This document shows, one piece after another, positions 1-12,980 of a stretch of 64,000 nucleotides of DNA. The stretch comes from Oculina patagonica. Lineage: Eukaryota. The position numbers and the translations under genes are program-made. Position 1 is the stretch's first letter. Every line of letters begins with the position of its first letter. Location: the NCBI RefSeq assembly GCF_052425735.1, contig NW_027558036.1:1736001-1800000 (forward strand), read 5' to 3'. The notes under the pieces are model-generated. The model was not told where the DNA came from and ran no database searches. It saw only the letters and a list, made by a program, of their open reading frames with translations.

Positions 1-3000
1 ATGTGCCAGCACAGCCAAAAGAAAATGTTAATGGTCTCAGAGAATTTTGCTGGGCATGTCTCGTCCTCGGAGACCCAGGGGGGAAGTTAGTGTGGGCGAA
101 GAAAAGGCGAAACTGCGAGAAAAACAAATCGGCGAAGAAAAGTTGAAGCGATAGAAAGGTGCCCCTGGGGAAAGAGTCTTACCAGGTGAGTTCCAAACAG
201 CTCTCTCAATGCTGCCTTCTAATTGGGCAGAAAAAGTCCTTTGTATTCCCTTTCTATAATTCTGCCCAATCGGCAAGCAGTAACTTTAGAATTACTGCAT
301 GTGTTCTTACACGGCGGTTGTTCTATCGGCCATACTTTCATTTCAATTTAGATCAGAAAGCTAAAAAAAGCGAGGAAATCATTTCGGACGTCAGAAAGAA
401 AGTAATTTTAAGATTCACTGGGAATTTTCCGTTTTGTGCGAGAAGAGGCTAGGTATCGTAAATAGTGGCTTGTTTACCTTTGAAATGCATTGTAAATATA
501 TGAGAAAAAACTTAAATCGAAGCGTACAAGCCACTGTAGCTTCGATACTTTTAACCCAAAATAAAAAGGTCAGAAAATTAAAACCTTCAAGCTCTCATCA
601 ATAGCCGATACCACCTTTTTAATCATTTTTCTGTTGGTCAAATGGGACTTTCATGCACCGCGGCGGCGTGCATTTTTGTGGTGCACGGGGCAGAAAAATA
701 TGCCGAACGGCTGCCAATGCATCGCAGGTGTAAAGGAAACCTAGGTTTAATTTTAGGATTTTTAGATTAACGTTTCTCTTACCTTAATTTTAGGGTATTT
801 TTAGTGTTTTGAAACCCTAATATTGCTTAAAATGGAAACTAGCGTTTTCTAGTCGAGGGAAATGCGCAAACGTAGGAGTAAATACTAAGCTCTCAATTCG
901 TCCTTTTTTCAGTACGTTTACTGACTATGGGTCATGGATGTCATTTTTCGTTTATCTTTTTATTCTTGAGATAAAACGGTGAAGCCATAGATATTTATAT
1001 TTTTCCTCGGTGCAACTCCTGGTGCGTCTTCTTCGCCTATTCTTCGGAAGCGATGCTCTTGAAAGCAGGAGGGCATTTTGCGTGCGCATGCGTCGATATG
1101 GGCTAGTGCGCACGACAGAGAAGTTCTGCTATCGATTGTTTACATATTTTTCGCAATTTATGGCCTAATTTTCCGCTCAAAATAAAAGGTGTTTTAAGTT
1201 TTATTTGCTGTATACGATACCAAGAGTCCTTGCTTTATCTTCTGACAACAACAAGCATACTTTGGTGTCGGCGTGCCGTTTATCTGATCGACTTTGGCTA
1301 TGTGCATTAAACATTGCGCGTGGACAAAATGGCGACCGAATGTCGAGAACCTAAATACCTTGCCCATGTTTTTAATAGCTGGGAGATCTAAACGGACAAA
1401 GCGCTACGGCTACTTAGTACTAAAATATAAAACAGCAGTTTTAACTATACGATGTTATAATCAAGTATCCCGGGTCTGAGCGAATGGTCATGATTTTGTT
1501 CAGACTTTTTATAAAACTGCAATTTCATCGTTCTCACGATGCAAAAATCTCAAAATCTAACCTTGATCTCCAGCGTCTACCGATGATATATGGAGCCTGA
1601 AGTACTTGAACTATCGTCTAATGCTGCGAAGGTAGCGTTAAAAAATGGTCTATTGTGGTAATTTTTAGCTTTCTTTAACGTACGTTCTCGCTGGTTTATT
1701 CTAACAGAGAAACTATCGTTTGTGATTATTTCCTTAAACTTAAGCATTGGTCAAAATAACTTCACATTTCGATGTACCACAATTATTCCGTTGAACAAGA
1801 AAAGAATTACTGAGATCGGTCTTAATTTTAAAGTGTTATGGTAATTCTTTGCTGGTAGACTATTTGTTTACATTTTACTATGTTAATTAGTACATTTTTG
1901 GCTCCTTTATCAAAATCTAGCCTTGATCACCAGTCAAAAAATAGCATAAAACGAACAAGCGATATATATATTTTTCAGAAACGTTCTAATAACTGCTGCA
2001 TAAAATGTCTTAAGAAATAATTTTTAACTATAAACAATGTTATTTTCAAATTTTCATTCAACGTTTATTTCTTTAAGATTGATGTTCGTTCTGTTATAAC
2101 GACTGTTTTACTTCTGTGTCGCCTAAATGTGATTTAAAGAACTGTAGTTCTTGTTCCAGGAAACCCTGTTTGCCAGTCGAGGGCAAGTTGGCTTTGCTTT
2201 AGAGTCATCAGTGAGCTGCATTATCATGTGCAGAACACCCAAACATGTCTTTCCCCTCAGGGAAAACCCTTTTCTTTGGTGGCCGTCCCTTTAGGCAAAA
2301 AATCTTCCGACAAGCTATAATGTTGCTCGCACTCTGCCTGTATTACAGCAATTGATTTGATGTGAAGTTTTGATCCTAATATATCACACTCCAGCATACG
2401 AATAAATGTTTTCCTCTTTTTACGGCCTGTTTGATTTTTGTCGGTGTAGGCTTTCCTACCTGTCCCACATATTTTCCCATTATTTGCAACAACGATCCCG
2501 AAGCAGGCCAGAAAATCTGCTTTATAAGAGCCTTGCCAGACACAAAACACTTTTTCTTAGCGAAATTTACGTCTATATTAAATTATGTGACGATAAACAG
2601 TACAAAAAACAAAGTTTGAATCTTCCGCGCCATTTTTATCCCCAAGATCACGCGGTCTTTGTACAGCGGTTGCACGCATGCGCCCGCAAAATGCCCTCCT
2701 GCTGCTCTTGAATGGACCATGACAGTTGACGCAAGTATTTTCGCTGAGTCGTGTTCTTTAAAATTCTGTAAAGTTTGACACACTTTTGGAGAGTCCCATT
2801 TTCTAGGCATAAATTATGGCGTTAAAAATGATCGCGGCGATGAAAATGTGTAATTCAGAGGACCCGAGTCAGGTCGGGTATTTAATATTCAGAACCTCTC
2901 GCGTCCAATCAGGAGTAGTCTTTGGAGTCTCAAAGCGGGCTCTGAAATCGAGGTTCGAGTCCAAGTTTGTATTGATGTCAAAACAGGTTTTGAAAGCAAA

Positions 3001-4584
3001 ACATGGAACATATTATTCCGATAGTAAAATGTTTATCGTTTCAAGTTCAAAGCGTGTGCTAGCTTTCTAAGGGAAACTGATCGAAATGTTATGTTCAAAG
3101 CGTGTGTATGTTCGCTTGTCTGAAGGAAACTTGTTGTATGAATTGAATGAATTTTACGCCATATGTTATAACGACAAGAAAAAACAAACAAACAAACAAA
3201 CAAAAAACAGCCCAAAAGTAATTATTTTAAACTCTCTCGTGCAATATTTCAAAACTTAACTAGAGAGATCAACGTTAATGATATACCCTTTATGAATGGT
3301 TAACGCAGTAAGGTACACACCAATCAATATTTTATAACGAGCGTGCTTTTCGTCGTAAGACATAATTTAGAAAAAGTTTTGAATTTTTAAGAGCATTATA
3401 TAAATCGTTTTCACTGTCACGCAAATGCAAATCGAAAAACCAATCAGTGAATGAAGTCAAGAAAACGGGATATTATAGGGGATTAATAAAGAAAACATTA
3501 TTCCAAATATTAGGTCCGTGCGTTATCCCACACTTCAGTTAATCGTCGAAATGTTTTGCACAAATTTACAGAGCCCAGTATGGAGCTGCCATATCCGAAA
3601 ATAGCGTGAACATCTGGAACTTACATTGGCTTATTTAGGCCACTGATTATCTGTAATGGACAAACAAACATTAACATGGTCATCTTCTCTAATGTCTTAA
3701 CACCACAAGATAAACATATATTTTATGACAAACATGATTGTGATCTTATGTCGCGCACCGCCATAATTCTGAAATTGAAAATGCGCCGGTTTTCGAACGA
3801 AGGCCGCTATTGAGCTGAAAAGTTTCAAACAGACATCATTTTAATACCTCTTATGCCTGATGTGGATAAACACGTTAGGGACTCTTTAGTTTTGTATATT
3901 AGTACTATTAGTACGGAAAAACGATCTATTGAATCAATTTCACGCCCTATGTTATGAACGACAATTCAGTCCAAAAGTAATCATTTTTAACTTTACCATG
4001 CAATATTTCAGAATTGGCTAGATAGATAAACGTTTTTTTTTTCTGAGAAAAGCATCTGCTGGCTGATGTGACTCTAATCTTTCATTGTTGTTTTAGCCAA
4101 CAAAACGCCATAAACCAGACATGAACGAGAGTCTGAATGGGATTTAGTGTTTAGTGTTATTTGCCCATAATTTTTAGTGTTTGATGTTAAATTGGCCAAT
4201 TTTTTAATGCTTACTGTTTCCGGAGAAAATGCCGTTAAGTGTTTAGAGGATATTTCGTAAAAAATCCATAGTCTTTACACTGTAAACATATATCTTTCGC
4301 ATGTAAATATATAACGACGAAAATATGGGGGAAAATTTTCGGATTTCTCCTCAGAAATATTCGGTAGTCTTCGGACATCTTTTGTAGTCTTCGGAAATAT
4401 TCGGTATTCTTCTGGAATCTTTGGTAGTCTTCGGAAATCTTCCGAAATGATCGGGAATCGTCAGAAAATAACCGAATACTTCTTGATATACCAAAAAAAA
4501 TAATAGTGGCCTTTTTGGAGCCGTTTTTGTTTTATTTCTGGATAAAATTCACTGCCAGTGTTACCGTGAATTTTTTATTGTTAG

Positions 4585-5402
4585 TGTCAAAATACCTAAA
4601 TTATAACTGTTTCAAGCTACGGAGCCAAAAAGGTAAGTGTTAGGTGTTATCGAGGTACCCCCATTCAGACCCTTAGCTGACAATTTGAATTCATAATTAT
4701 GTAAAACAAAACATAAACAGTTAACATCCACAAAATTAAGAATAAAGAGCAGCTGCTAGACGTTTAACTTTCTCGGTGTAGAATATTTCGTCTAACCGTT
4801 GGAAGATACGACCCAACACTACAAGAAAAAGGTTGCCACCTTTCAGGTAATTTAAACTAGAGTTTTCTTTCAATTTTCATTAAAAATAAGATTTTAATTT
4901 CAGTTAATATACGAAAACAGAAACAACTTTAAAACAAATAATGTAAGACTGGTTAAACAGCTAGCTATAGCACCTGATGGGAACTGGCGTTTGTGCTTTC
5001 GAAATAATGGGCTTGGATTAAATGAATGTCAGAAACCATGTTAGCCTTCCATGAGCTTCATTGCTGATCCAGATCTAAACAAGGACATCGATCCTGTTAC
5101 AATTCGCTGTTGTTTTTGTCTCTGCCCTTTCCCGCCTAATAATTATATATAACGGCTTGAACTTTCCCCAAACATGAAACATTTTACGCTTTTTGAACCT
5201 TTCATTACATTTCGCGCCTCTTGCCCGCGCACAGTACCAGTGCAATAATTTTATCCACACTCAAAGAAGTTAAACTCTGACTAAAAGTGCAGATAAACAT
5301 TCAATTGAGAATAGATGTTTCGTCAGCTCCACGCAGATGTCTTTAAGTAAATACGAAATTGCTGATCATGACTTACCACAATATAACACAAAGGAAGAAC
5401 CA
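4585..5402 (+). pseudogene. Putative decayed small exons repeated in every array subunit (48 nt 4585-4632, 65 nt 4782-4846, 39 nt 4904-4942, possible further exon from ~5234)
   Basis: AG/GT boundaries with compatible phases 1-1, 1-0, 0-0; open when joined in subunit A' (11884-11931, 17761-17825, 17883-17921); stops or frameshifts in other copies. Product not recognised. Confidence 0.4.
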
Positions 5403-5835
5403 GTATTCTCGTTTTTACCGAAGAACTAAACTTTTGTTTCTGTTAGATTGAAGGTGGCAAAGAAAAAAAATGCTCAAGACTGTTATACAAGCGGTGCGTT
5501 TTGTAATGAATGTCGGCATTCTTTCGATTCTTAAAAGCGTTTAGCATTATCTAAGTAACTGTTAAAGTTCAAACTGTTCTTCTTAAAGTAGTCTGTTATA
5601 TAATTGTGAAGTTCTTACTTTTAGAAAATAAAAGTTTAAGTAGCGAAATTTATTTCCTTTCGTGTATAAAAGTGAAATAAAAGTAAGGACTAGAAACAAG
5701 TCTAGGAGATTAAAATTAAAACGTGCATTCTTTTCAAGCTTTAAATTTGAATAATTAGTTCATGTATAACGTTACTCTGTAGAAACATTTCAACCTTTTA
5801 GAAAAATTGGTCCTGTAACCAGGTGGTTGATTCAG

Positions 5836-6105
5836 GATTGAAAATGAAAACGTTACTCTAGTTTAAAAATGTTAAAAATGTTCAACGTTTGACCAACGTT
5901 TTGGCTAAAACTTCAGCCTTCATCAGGGGGAAAGTGATAAGCAATTTGTAAAAAGCACGCTTTTATACTATGCAAATCGGAGCTAATTCGTTCTGTCCCT
6001 CAAGGCTTAATTTAAAAACTCGTGCGGCAGATGCATGCCACTTTTACGACATTTTAAGAATATTTTCAATATTTCTAAACCAGAGTAACGTTTTTATTTT
6101 CAATC
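5836..6105. mobile_element. ~270-bp MITE-like cassette with ~48-bp inverted arms (copies near 9307-9590, 18817-19087, ~22206-22487)
   Basis: GATTGAAAATGAAAACGTTACTCTAGTTTAAAAATGTT is mirrored by AATATTTCTAAACCAGAGTAACGTTTTTATTTTCAATC. No clear TSD. Confidence 0.7.
5893..5930 (-). ncRNA. Degenerate minimal hammerhead ribozyme motif, copy 1
   Basis: Minus strand cccc-CTGATGA-A-GGCTGA-agtt-TTAGCC-aAAAC-GTT-gg; G12 of GAAA mutated to A. Confidence 0.6.
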
Positions 6106-7404
6106 ATTTTCACATTTGATATATATTTTCTAATTTTCGTTTTGAGCGAGAACAGGTATCGTAAATAGTGGCTTGTTTACCTGTGAAATATTTTGGCGAC
6201 CTTTCGGCGAACTTAACGTTTCTCTTACCCTAATTTTACGTTGTTTTTATTGTTTTGAAACCCTAATATTGCTTAAAGTGGGAATTCGCGTTTTCTAGCC
6301 GAGGGAAATGCACAAAAGTAGGAATAAATACTAAGCTCTCAATTCGTCCTTTTTTTCAGTGCGTTTACTGTCTATGGGTCAAGGATGTTATTTTTCGTTT
6401 GTCTTCTTATTCTCGAGATAAAACGGTGAAGCCAGAGATATTTATATTTTTCCTCGAAGCAACTCCTGATGCGTTTTCTTTGTCGATTCTAACCAAACAA
6501 TGCTCTTGAATGGACCATGAAAGTGGTTTTTTTATGTTGAAGCAAGTACTTTCACTGAGTCGCGTTCTTTAAAATTCTGTAAAGTTTGACACACTTTTGG
6601 AGAGTCCCATTTTCTGGGCATAAATTATGGCGTTAAAAATATATACAAATAACAAAGTAACATTTATGAAATTTTAACCCAGTAAGGTGCATTAAACTGA
6701 ATATTAATAACGAGCGCTAGCGTGCGTTTCGTCGTAAGATATAATTTAGGAAACAGTAATGAATTTTTAAGAGCACTATATTGAATGAATTTTACGCCAT
6801 ATGTTATGAACGACAAGAAAAAAACAAACAAATAAAAAACAGCGCAAAAGTAATTATTTAAAAAACTCTCCTGCAATATTTCAAAACTTAACTAGAGAGA
6901 TCAACGTTAATGATATACCCTTTATCAATTGTTAACGCAGTAAGGTACACACCAATCAATATTTTATAACGAGCGTGCTTTTCGTCGTAAGAAATAATTT
7001 AGAAAAAGTTATGAATTTTTAGAAGCATTATATTGATCGTTTTCACTGTCACGCAAATACAAATCGAAAAACCAATCAGTGAATGAAGTCAAGAAAACGG
7101 GATATTATAGGAGATTAATAAAGAAGACATTTCTCCAAATATTAGGTCCGTGCGTTATCCCACACTTCAGTTAATCGTCGAAATGCTTTGCACAAATTTT
7201 CAGAGCCCTGGAGCTCTGAAAGTAGGTAGTAGGTAGGTAGTAGGTAGTTGGAAGTCTTCGGAAATGTTCCGAAATGATCGGGAATTGTCGGAAAATGGCC
7301 GAAAACTTCTTGATATACTAAACAAAATAATATTGGCCTTTTTGGAGCCGTTTTTGTTTCATTTCTGGATAGAATTCACTGTTACAGTGAATTTTTTATT
7401 GTCA

Positions 7405-8312
7405 GTCTTAAAATACCAAAAATTTAACTATGTCATGTTACAGAGCCAAAAACGTAAGTGCTAAGTGTTATCGAGGTACACCCATCCAGACCCTCATGAA
7501 CGTCGAAGGCATTAGCTGATAATTTGAATTCATTACTATGATAAACAAAACAAAAACTGTTATCGTCCACAAAATGTAAAAGGAAGAACAGCTGCTAGAC
7601 GTTGCACTTTCTCGGTGTAGAATACTTCGTATTTCCGCTGGAAGATACGACCCAACAATAAAAGAAAAAGTTTGCCACCTTTCAGGTAATTTAAACTATA
7701 GAATTTGAAACTGTTTTTCAAGTATAAATCTAACTGTTTCACGCTACGGTGCCAAAAAGGTAAGTGTTAACTGTTATAGAGGTACCCCCATTTAGCCCCT
7801 TATAAACGTCCAAGGCATTAGCTGACAATTTGAATTCATAATTATGTGAAACAAAACATAAACTGTTAACATCCACAAAATTTAGAATGAAGAGCAGCTG
7901 CTACACGTTACACTGTCTCGGTGTAGAATATTTCGTCTTTCCACTGGAAGATACGGCCCAACACTACGAGAAAACGGTTGCCACCTTGCAGGTAATTTAA
8001 ACTATAGAATTTGAAACTGTTTTTCAAGTATAAATCTAACTGTCTAATAAGATAACTGTTTCACGCTACGGTGCCAAAAAGGTAAGTGTTAAGTGTTATA
8101 GAGGTACCCCATTTAGCCCCTTATAAACGTTCAAGGCATTAGCTGACAATTTGAATTCATAATTATGTAAAACAAAGCATAAACTGTTAACATCCACAAA
8201 ATTTAGATTGAAGAGCAGCTGCTAGGCGTTACACTTTCTCGGTGTAGAATATTTCGTCTTTCCACTGGAAGATACGACCCAACACTACAAGAAAAAGGTT
8301 GCCACCTTTCAG
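7405..8312 (+). repeat. Three ~300-bp tandem sub-repeats inside subunit B
   Basis: GCCAAAAA(G/C)GTAAGTG ... CTCGGTGTAGAATA ... GCCACCTTTCAGGTAATT occurs three times in succession. Confidence 0.85.
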
Positions 8313-9372
8313 GTAATTTATACTATAGTTTTCTTTAAATTGTCATTTAAAACAAGATTGTAATTTCAGTTTATATACGAAAACAGAAACAACGTTAAAA
8401 CAAATGCAAGACTGGTTAAACACCTAGCACCTGATGAACACTGGTGTTTGCGGTGCTTTCGAAATAATGGGCTAGAATAAAATAAATGGCAATAAACATA
8501 TCAGCTTTCCATGCGCTTTATCGCTCATCCTATTCTATACAAGGGTGATCTGGGTAACAATATGCTGTTGTTTTTGTTACTGGCCCTTGCCCGCTTTGTG
8601 AAAGCTTAAACTTTCCCCAAACATGAAACATTTTACGCTTTTTAAAGCTTTCATTATATTTCGCGCCTCTTGCCCGCGCACAGTACCAGTGCAATAATTT
8701 TATCCAAACTCAAAGAAGTTAAACTCTGACTTAAAGTGCAGATAAACATTCAATGGAGAATAGATGTTTCGCCAGTTCCACGCAAATGTCTTAAAGTCGA
8801 AAGGAAATTGCTGATAATGATTTACCGCAATATAACACAAAGGAAGAACCAGTCCTCTCGTTTTTTACCGAAGTACTGAACTTTTGTTTCTATGAGATTG
8901 AAGGTGGCAAATCGTGAGTCAGAAGAAACTGCTTAAGACCATTAGACAAGCGGTGAGTTTTGCAATGAATGTCGACTTTTAAAAGCGTTTAGCATGATTA
9001 TCTTAGTAACTGTTAAAGTTTAAACTGTTTTTCTTAAAGTAGTCTTTTATATAACTGTGAAGTTAGTACTTTTGGAAAATGAAAGTTCATGGAGCGAAAT
9101 TTATTTCCCTTTTTTTATTTATTTCCCGTGTATAAAAGTATAAAGTGAAGGGAAGACTATAAACAGATCTAGGAGATTAAAATTAAAACCTGCGAGCTTG
9201 TCAAAACTTTAAATTTGAATAGTTAGATCATGAATAATGTCACTCTGAAAAACATCTCCACCTTTTCTTAAAAAAAAATGGTCCTGTAACCAGGTGGCTG
9301 ATTCAGGATTGAAAATGAAAACGTTACTCTGGTTTAAAAATGTTGAAAATGTTCATAAAATTTCGTAAAAGT

Positions 9373-9411
9373 CCCAACGCTTCGGCTAAAACTTTAGTCT
9401 TCATCAGGGGG
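9373..9411 (-). ncRNA. Degenerate minimal hammerhead ribozyme motif, copy 2
   Basis: Minus strand cccc-CTGATGA-A-GaCTAA-agtt-TTAGCC-GAAgC-GTT-ggg; A15.1 mutated and one helix II mismatch. Confidence 0.6.
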
Positions 9412-12119
9412 AAAGTGACAAGGAATTTGTAAAAAGCACGCTTTTATACTATGTAAAATCGGAGCTAATTATGTTTTTCCCTTAAGGCTAAATTTGAAAA
9501 CTGACTCGTGCGGCTAATGCATGCCACTTTACGACATTTTAAGAACATTTTCAACATTTTTAAACCAGAGTAACGTTTTTATTTTCAATCATTTCCACCT
9601 TTGATATTTATTTTCTAATATTCGTGAAATAAAAATCAAACAATATTCTTAGCCTGGTATAATGTTACAGAAACATTGCCCCTATCACTGTTTTAAACTG
9701 AAACCGAACACAACTCGGCAATAACTAACTTCATCAATGTATGATTTGTCAATCCCTTATGGAAATGTGCCAGCACAGCCAAAAGAAAATGTTAATGGTC
9801 TCAGAGAATTTTGCTGGGCATGTCTCGTCCTCGGAGTCCCAGGGGGGCAGTTAGTGTGGGCGAAGAAAAGGCGAAACTGCGAGAAAAACAAATCGGCGAA
9901 GAAAAGTTGGAGCAATAGAAAAGTGCCCCTGGGGAAAGAGTCTAAACAGGTGAGTTCCAAACAGCTCTCTGAATGCTGCCTTCTAATTGGGCAGAAAAAG
10001 TCCTTTGTATTCCCTTTCTATAATTCTGCCCAATCAGCAAGCAGTAACTTTAGAATTACTGCATGTGTTCTTACACGGCGGTTGTTCTATCGGCCATACT
10101 TCCATTTCAATTTAGATCAGAAAGCTAAAAAAAGCGAGGAAATCATTTCGGACGTAAGAAAGAAAGTAATTTTAAGATTCACTGGGAATTTTCCGTTTTG
10201 TGCGAGAAGAGGCTAGGTATCGTAAATAGTGGCTTGTTTACCTTTGAAATGCATTGTAAATATATGAGAAAAAACTTAAATCGAAGCGTACAAGCCACTG
10301 TAGCTTCGATACTTTTAACCCAAAATAAAAAGGTCAGAAAAAATAAACCTTCAAGCTCTCATCAATAGCCGATACCACCTTTTTAATCATTTTTCTGTTG
10401 GTCAAATGGGACTTTCATGCACCGCGGCGGCGTGCATTTTTGTGGAATGAATGAATTTTACCCCATATGTTATAACGACAAGAAAAAAAACAAACAAACA
10501 AACAAAAACAGCCCAAAAGTAATTATTTTAAACTCTCTCGTGCAATATCTCAAAACTTAACTAGAGAGATCAACGTTAATGATATACCCTTTATGAATAG
10601 TTAACGCAGTAAGGTACACACCAATCAATATTTTATAACAAGCGTGCTTTTCGTCGTAAGAAATAATTTAGAAAAAGTTTTGAATTTTTAAGAGCATTGT
10701 ATAGATCGTTTCACTGTCACGCAAATACAAATCGAAAAACCAATCAGTGAATGAAGTCAAGAAAACGGGATATTATAGGAGATTAATAAAGAAAACATTT
10801 CTCCAAATATTAGGTCCGTGCGTTATCGCACACTTCAGTTAATCGTCGAAATGTTTTGAACAAATTTACAGAGCCCAGTATGGAGCTGCCATATCCGAAA
10901 ATAGCGTAAACATCTGGAACTTACATTGGCTTCTTTAGGCCACTGATTATCTGTAATAGACAAACAAACATTAACATGGTCAACTTCTCTAATGTCTTAA
11001 AACCACAAGATAAACATATATTTTATGACAAACATGATCGTAAGCTTATGTCGCGCACCGCCGTAATTCAGAAATTGAAATGCGCCGGTTTTCGAACGAA
11101 GGCCGCTATTGAGCTAAAAAGTTTCAAACAGACATAATTTAAATACCTCTTATGTCTGATGTGGATAAACACGTTATGGACTCTTTAGTTTTGTATATTA
11201 GTACTATTAGTACGCAAAAACGATCTACTGAATGAATTTCACGCCCTATGTTATGAACGACAATTCAGTCCAAAAGTAATCATTTTAAACTTTGCCATGC
11301 AATATTTCAGAATTGACTAGGAAAGATCAACGTTTTTTTTTTCTGAGGAAAGCATCTGCTGGCTGAGGTGAATTTAATCTTTCATTGTTCTTTTAGCCAA
11401 CAAAACGCCATAGACCAGACATGAACGAGGGTCTGAATGTTGTTTAATGTTTAGTGTTATTTGCACATAATTTTTTAGTGTTTGCTGTTAGATTGGCCAA
11501 TTTTTTAATGCTCACTGTTTCTGGAAAAAAATGTCGTTAAGTGTTTAGAGGGTATTTCGTAAAAAATACATAGTCTTTACACTGTAAACATATATCTTTC
11601 GCATGTAAATATAACGGCGAAAATATGGTCGAAAATTTTCGGATTTCTCCTCAGAAATATTCGGTAGTCTTCGTACATTTTTTGTAGTCTTCGGAAATAT
11701 TCAGTAGTCTTCTGGAATCTTTGGTAGTCTTCCGAAATCTTACAAAATGGTCGGGAATCGTCGGAAAATGACCGAATACTTCTTGATATACTAAAAAAAT
11801 AATAGTGGCCTTTTTGGAGCCGTTTTTGTTTCATTTCTGGATAAAATTCACTGCCAGTGTTACAGTGAATTTTTTATTGTTAGTGTCAAAATACCTAAAA
11901 TGTAACTGTTTCATGTTACGGAGCCAAAAAGGTAAGTGTTAGGTGTTATCGAGGTACCCCCATTAAGACCCTTAGCGGCCAGGGGCGAGCTGTCATGGCG
12001 GCCGGTTGGTGTATTTAACGGTCCGACAAACTATGGCAATTTCGTGAATGTGGAGTGTTAATTATATCTTGTTGACTTGTTAAACCCGAAAGACAATGAT
12101 TTAAGTTTCAGACCACCGA

Positions 12120-12980
12120 ATGTCAAAAACAAAAGAAAAGAAACGTGCACGGGAGTCAAGTTCGACCAGTTCGACTGGCGAGGAAGAAGACGTATCGGAC
12201 GCAATGATCCTAGAAAAACTGTCCAGTATCCACGAGGACATAAAAGCACTTAAGGAGGAACTTAAAGGTGAAATTGGGGCAGTGAAATCAGAGCTGAGCG
12301 AGGTAACGAAATCGTTAACCGCCGTGTGGGAGGAGGTGCAGTCTCTTAAAAAGAGAAACAAAAATTTACAAGATCAGTGTGACAGCGCCGAGAGAGAGAA
12401 CAGCAAATTAAACCAGGAGATCAGCACTCTTAAAAATCGTCTAATTAAGCTGGAAGATTACTCTAGGCGCGAGAATCTTCGTTTCTACAACATTCCCGAA
12501 AATCCTGGAGAGAGCAATGCGGAGTGTTCGCGTAAAGTAATGGACGTTCTAAAAGAACTCGGTGCCGAACCAGATAACATAATGCTTCATGCAATACATC
12601 GAACAGGGAATCCAAACACCACAGCTTCTTCGAACAGAGTTGCGAACAACGAAGATTCGACGGAGTCAAGGGAAGACGCTTCACGTCCTCTGCGCCCACG
12701 ACCAATTTTAGTCCGCTTCGTCTCAAGAATGGATTGCGATTGGATTTGGCAAAGCAGGAAGAAACTAATGAACAGTTCTTCCTTCTCTTCGGTATTTATT
12801 GACAAAGATCTTTCCCCTGAATCAGCAAAAGAACGTGGAAAGCTCCGCGCCGCTTACAAGAAAGCTAAGGAATTAAACGTCGGAAGAGTATTTATAAAAG
12901 GTAAAAATCTGACAGTCAATAGTTCTGTTTATTCAGCGGACAACCTACCGGAGTATCTCCTACCTAAGAAAAAATATTAG
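12120..12980 (+). CDS. L1/Tx1 ORF1 protein (coiled coil + RRM-like, 286 aa)
   Basis: Heptad coiled coil followed by LEDYSRRENLRFYNIPE and PRPILVRF, typical of L1 ORF1p. Confidence 0.93.
   Translation: MSKTKEKKRARESSSTSSTGEEEDVSDAMILEKLSSIHEDIKALKEELKGEIGAVKSELSEVTKSLTAVWEEVQSLKKRNKNLQDQCDSAERENSKLNQEISTLKNRLIKLEDYSRRENLRFYNIPENPGESNAECSRKVMDVLKELGAEPDNIMLHAIHRTGNPNTTASSNRVANNEDSTESREDASRPLRPRPILVRFVSRMDCDWIWQSRKKLMNSSSFSSVFIDKDLSPESAKERGKLRAAYKKAKELNVGRVFIKGKNLTVNSSVYSADNLPEYLLPKKKY

Noticed and set aside
4330-4480. GTAGTCTTCGGAAAT repeats as a CRISPR-like array (also ~11650, ~20500, ~28560)
   Set aside because: Degenerate tandem units with no unique spacers, no cas genes, eukaryotic context.
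8428-8470. CTGATGA..CGAAA as a + strand hammerhead (also ~4974, ~17953, ~21382)
   Set aside because: No helix II closing onto GAAA and no helix I/III pairing; two copies have CTGATGG.
9737-10216. 159-aa ORF and its partial twin at 159-452
   Set aside because: Crosses a repeat junction, no recognisable domain; recurrence reflects the recent duplication only.
11977-12060. HDV-like ribozyme at the L1 5' end
   Set aside because: Begins GGCC but no 7-bp P1 or nested pseudoknot can be formed by eye.
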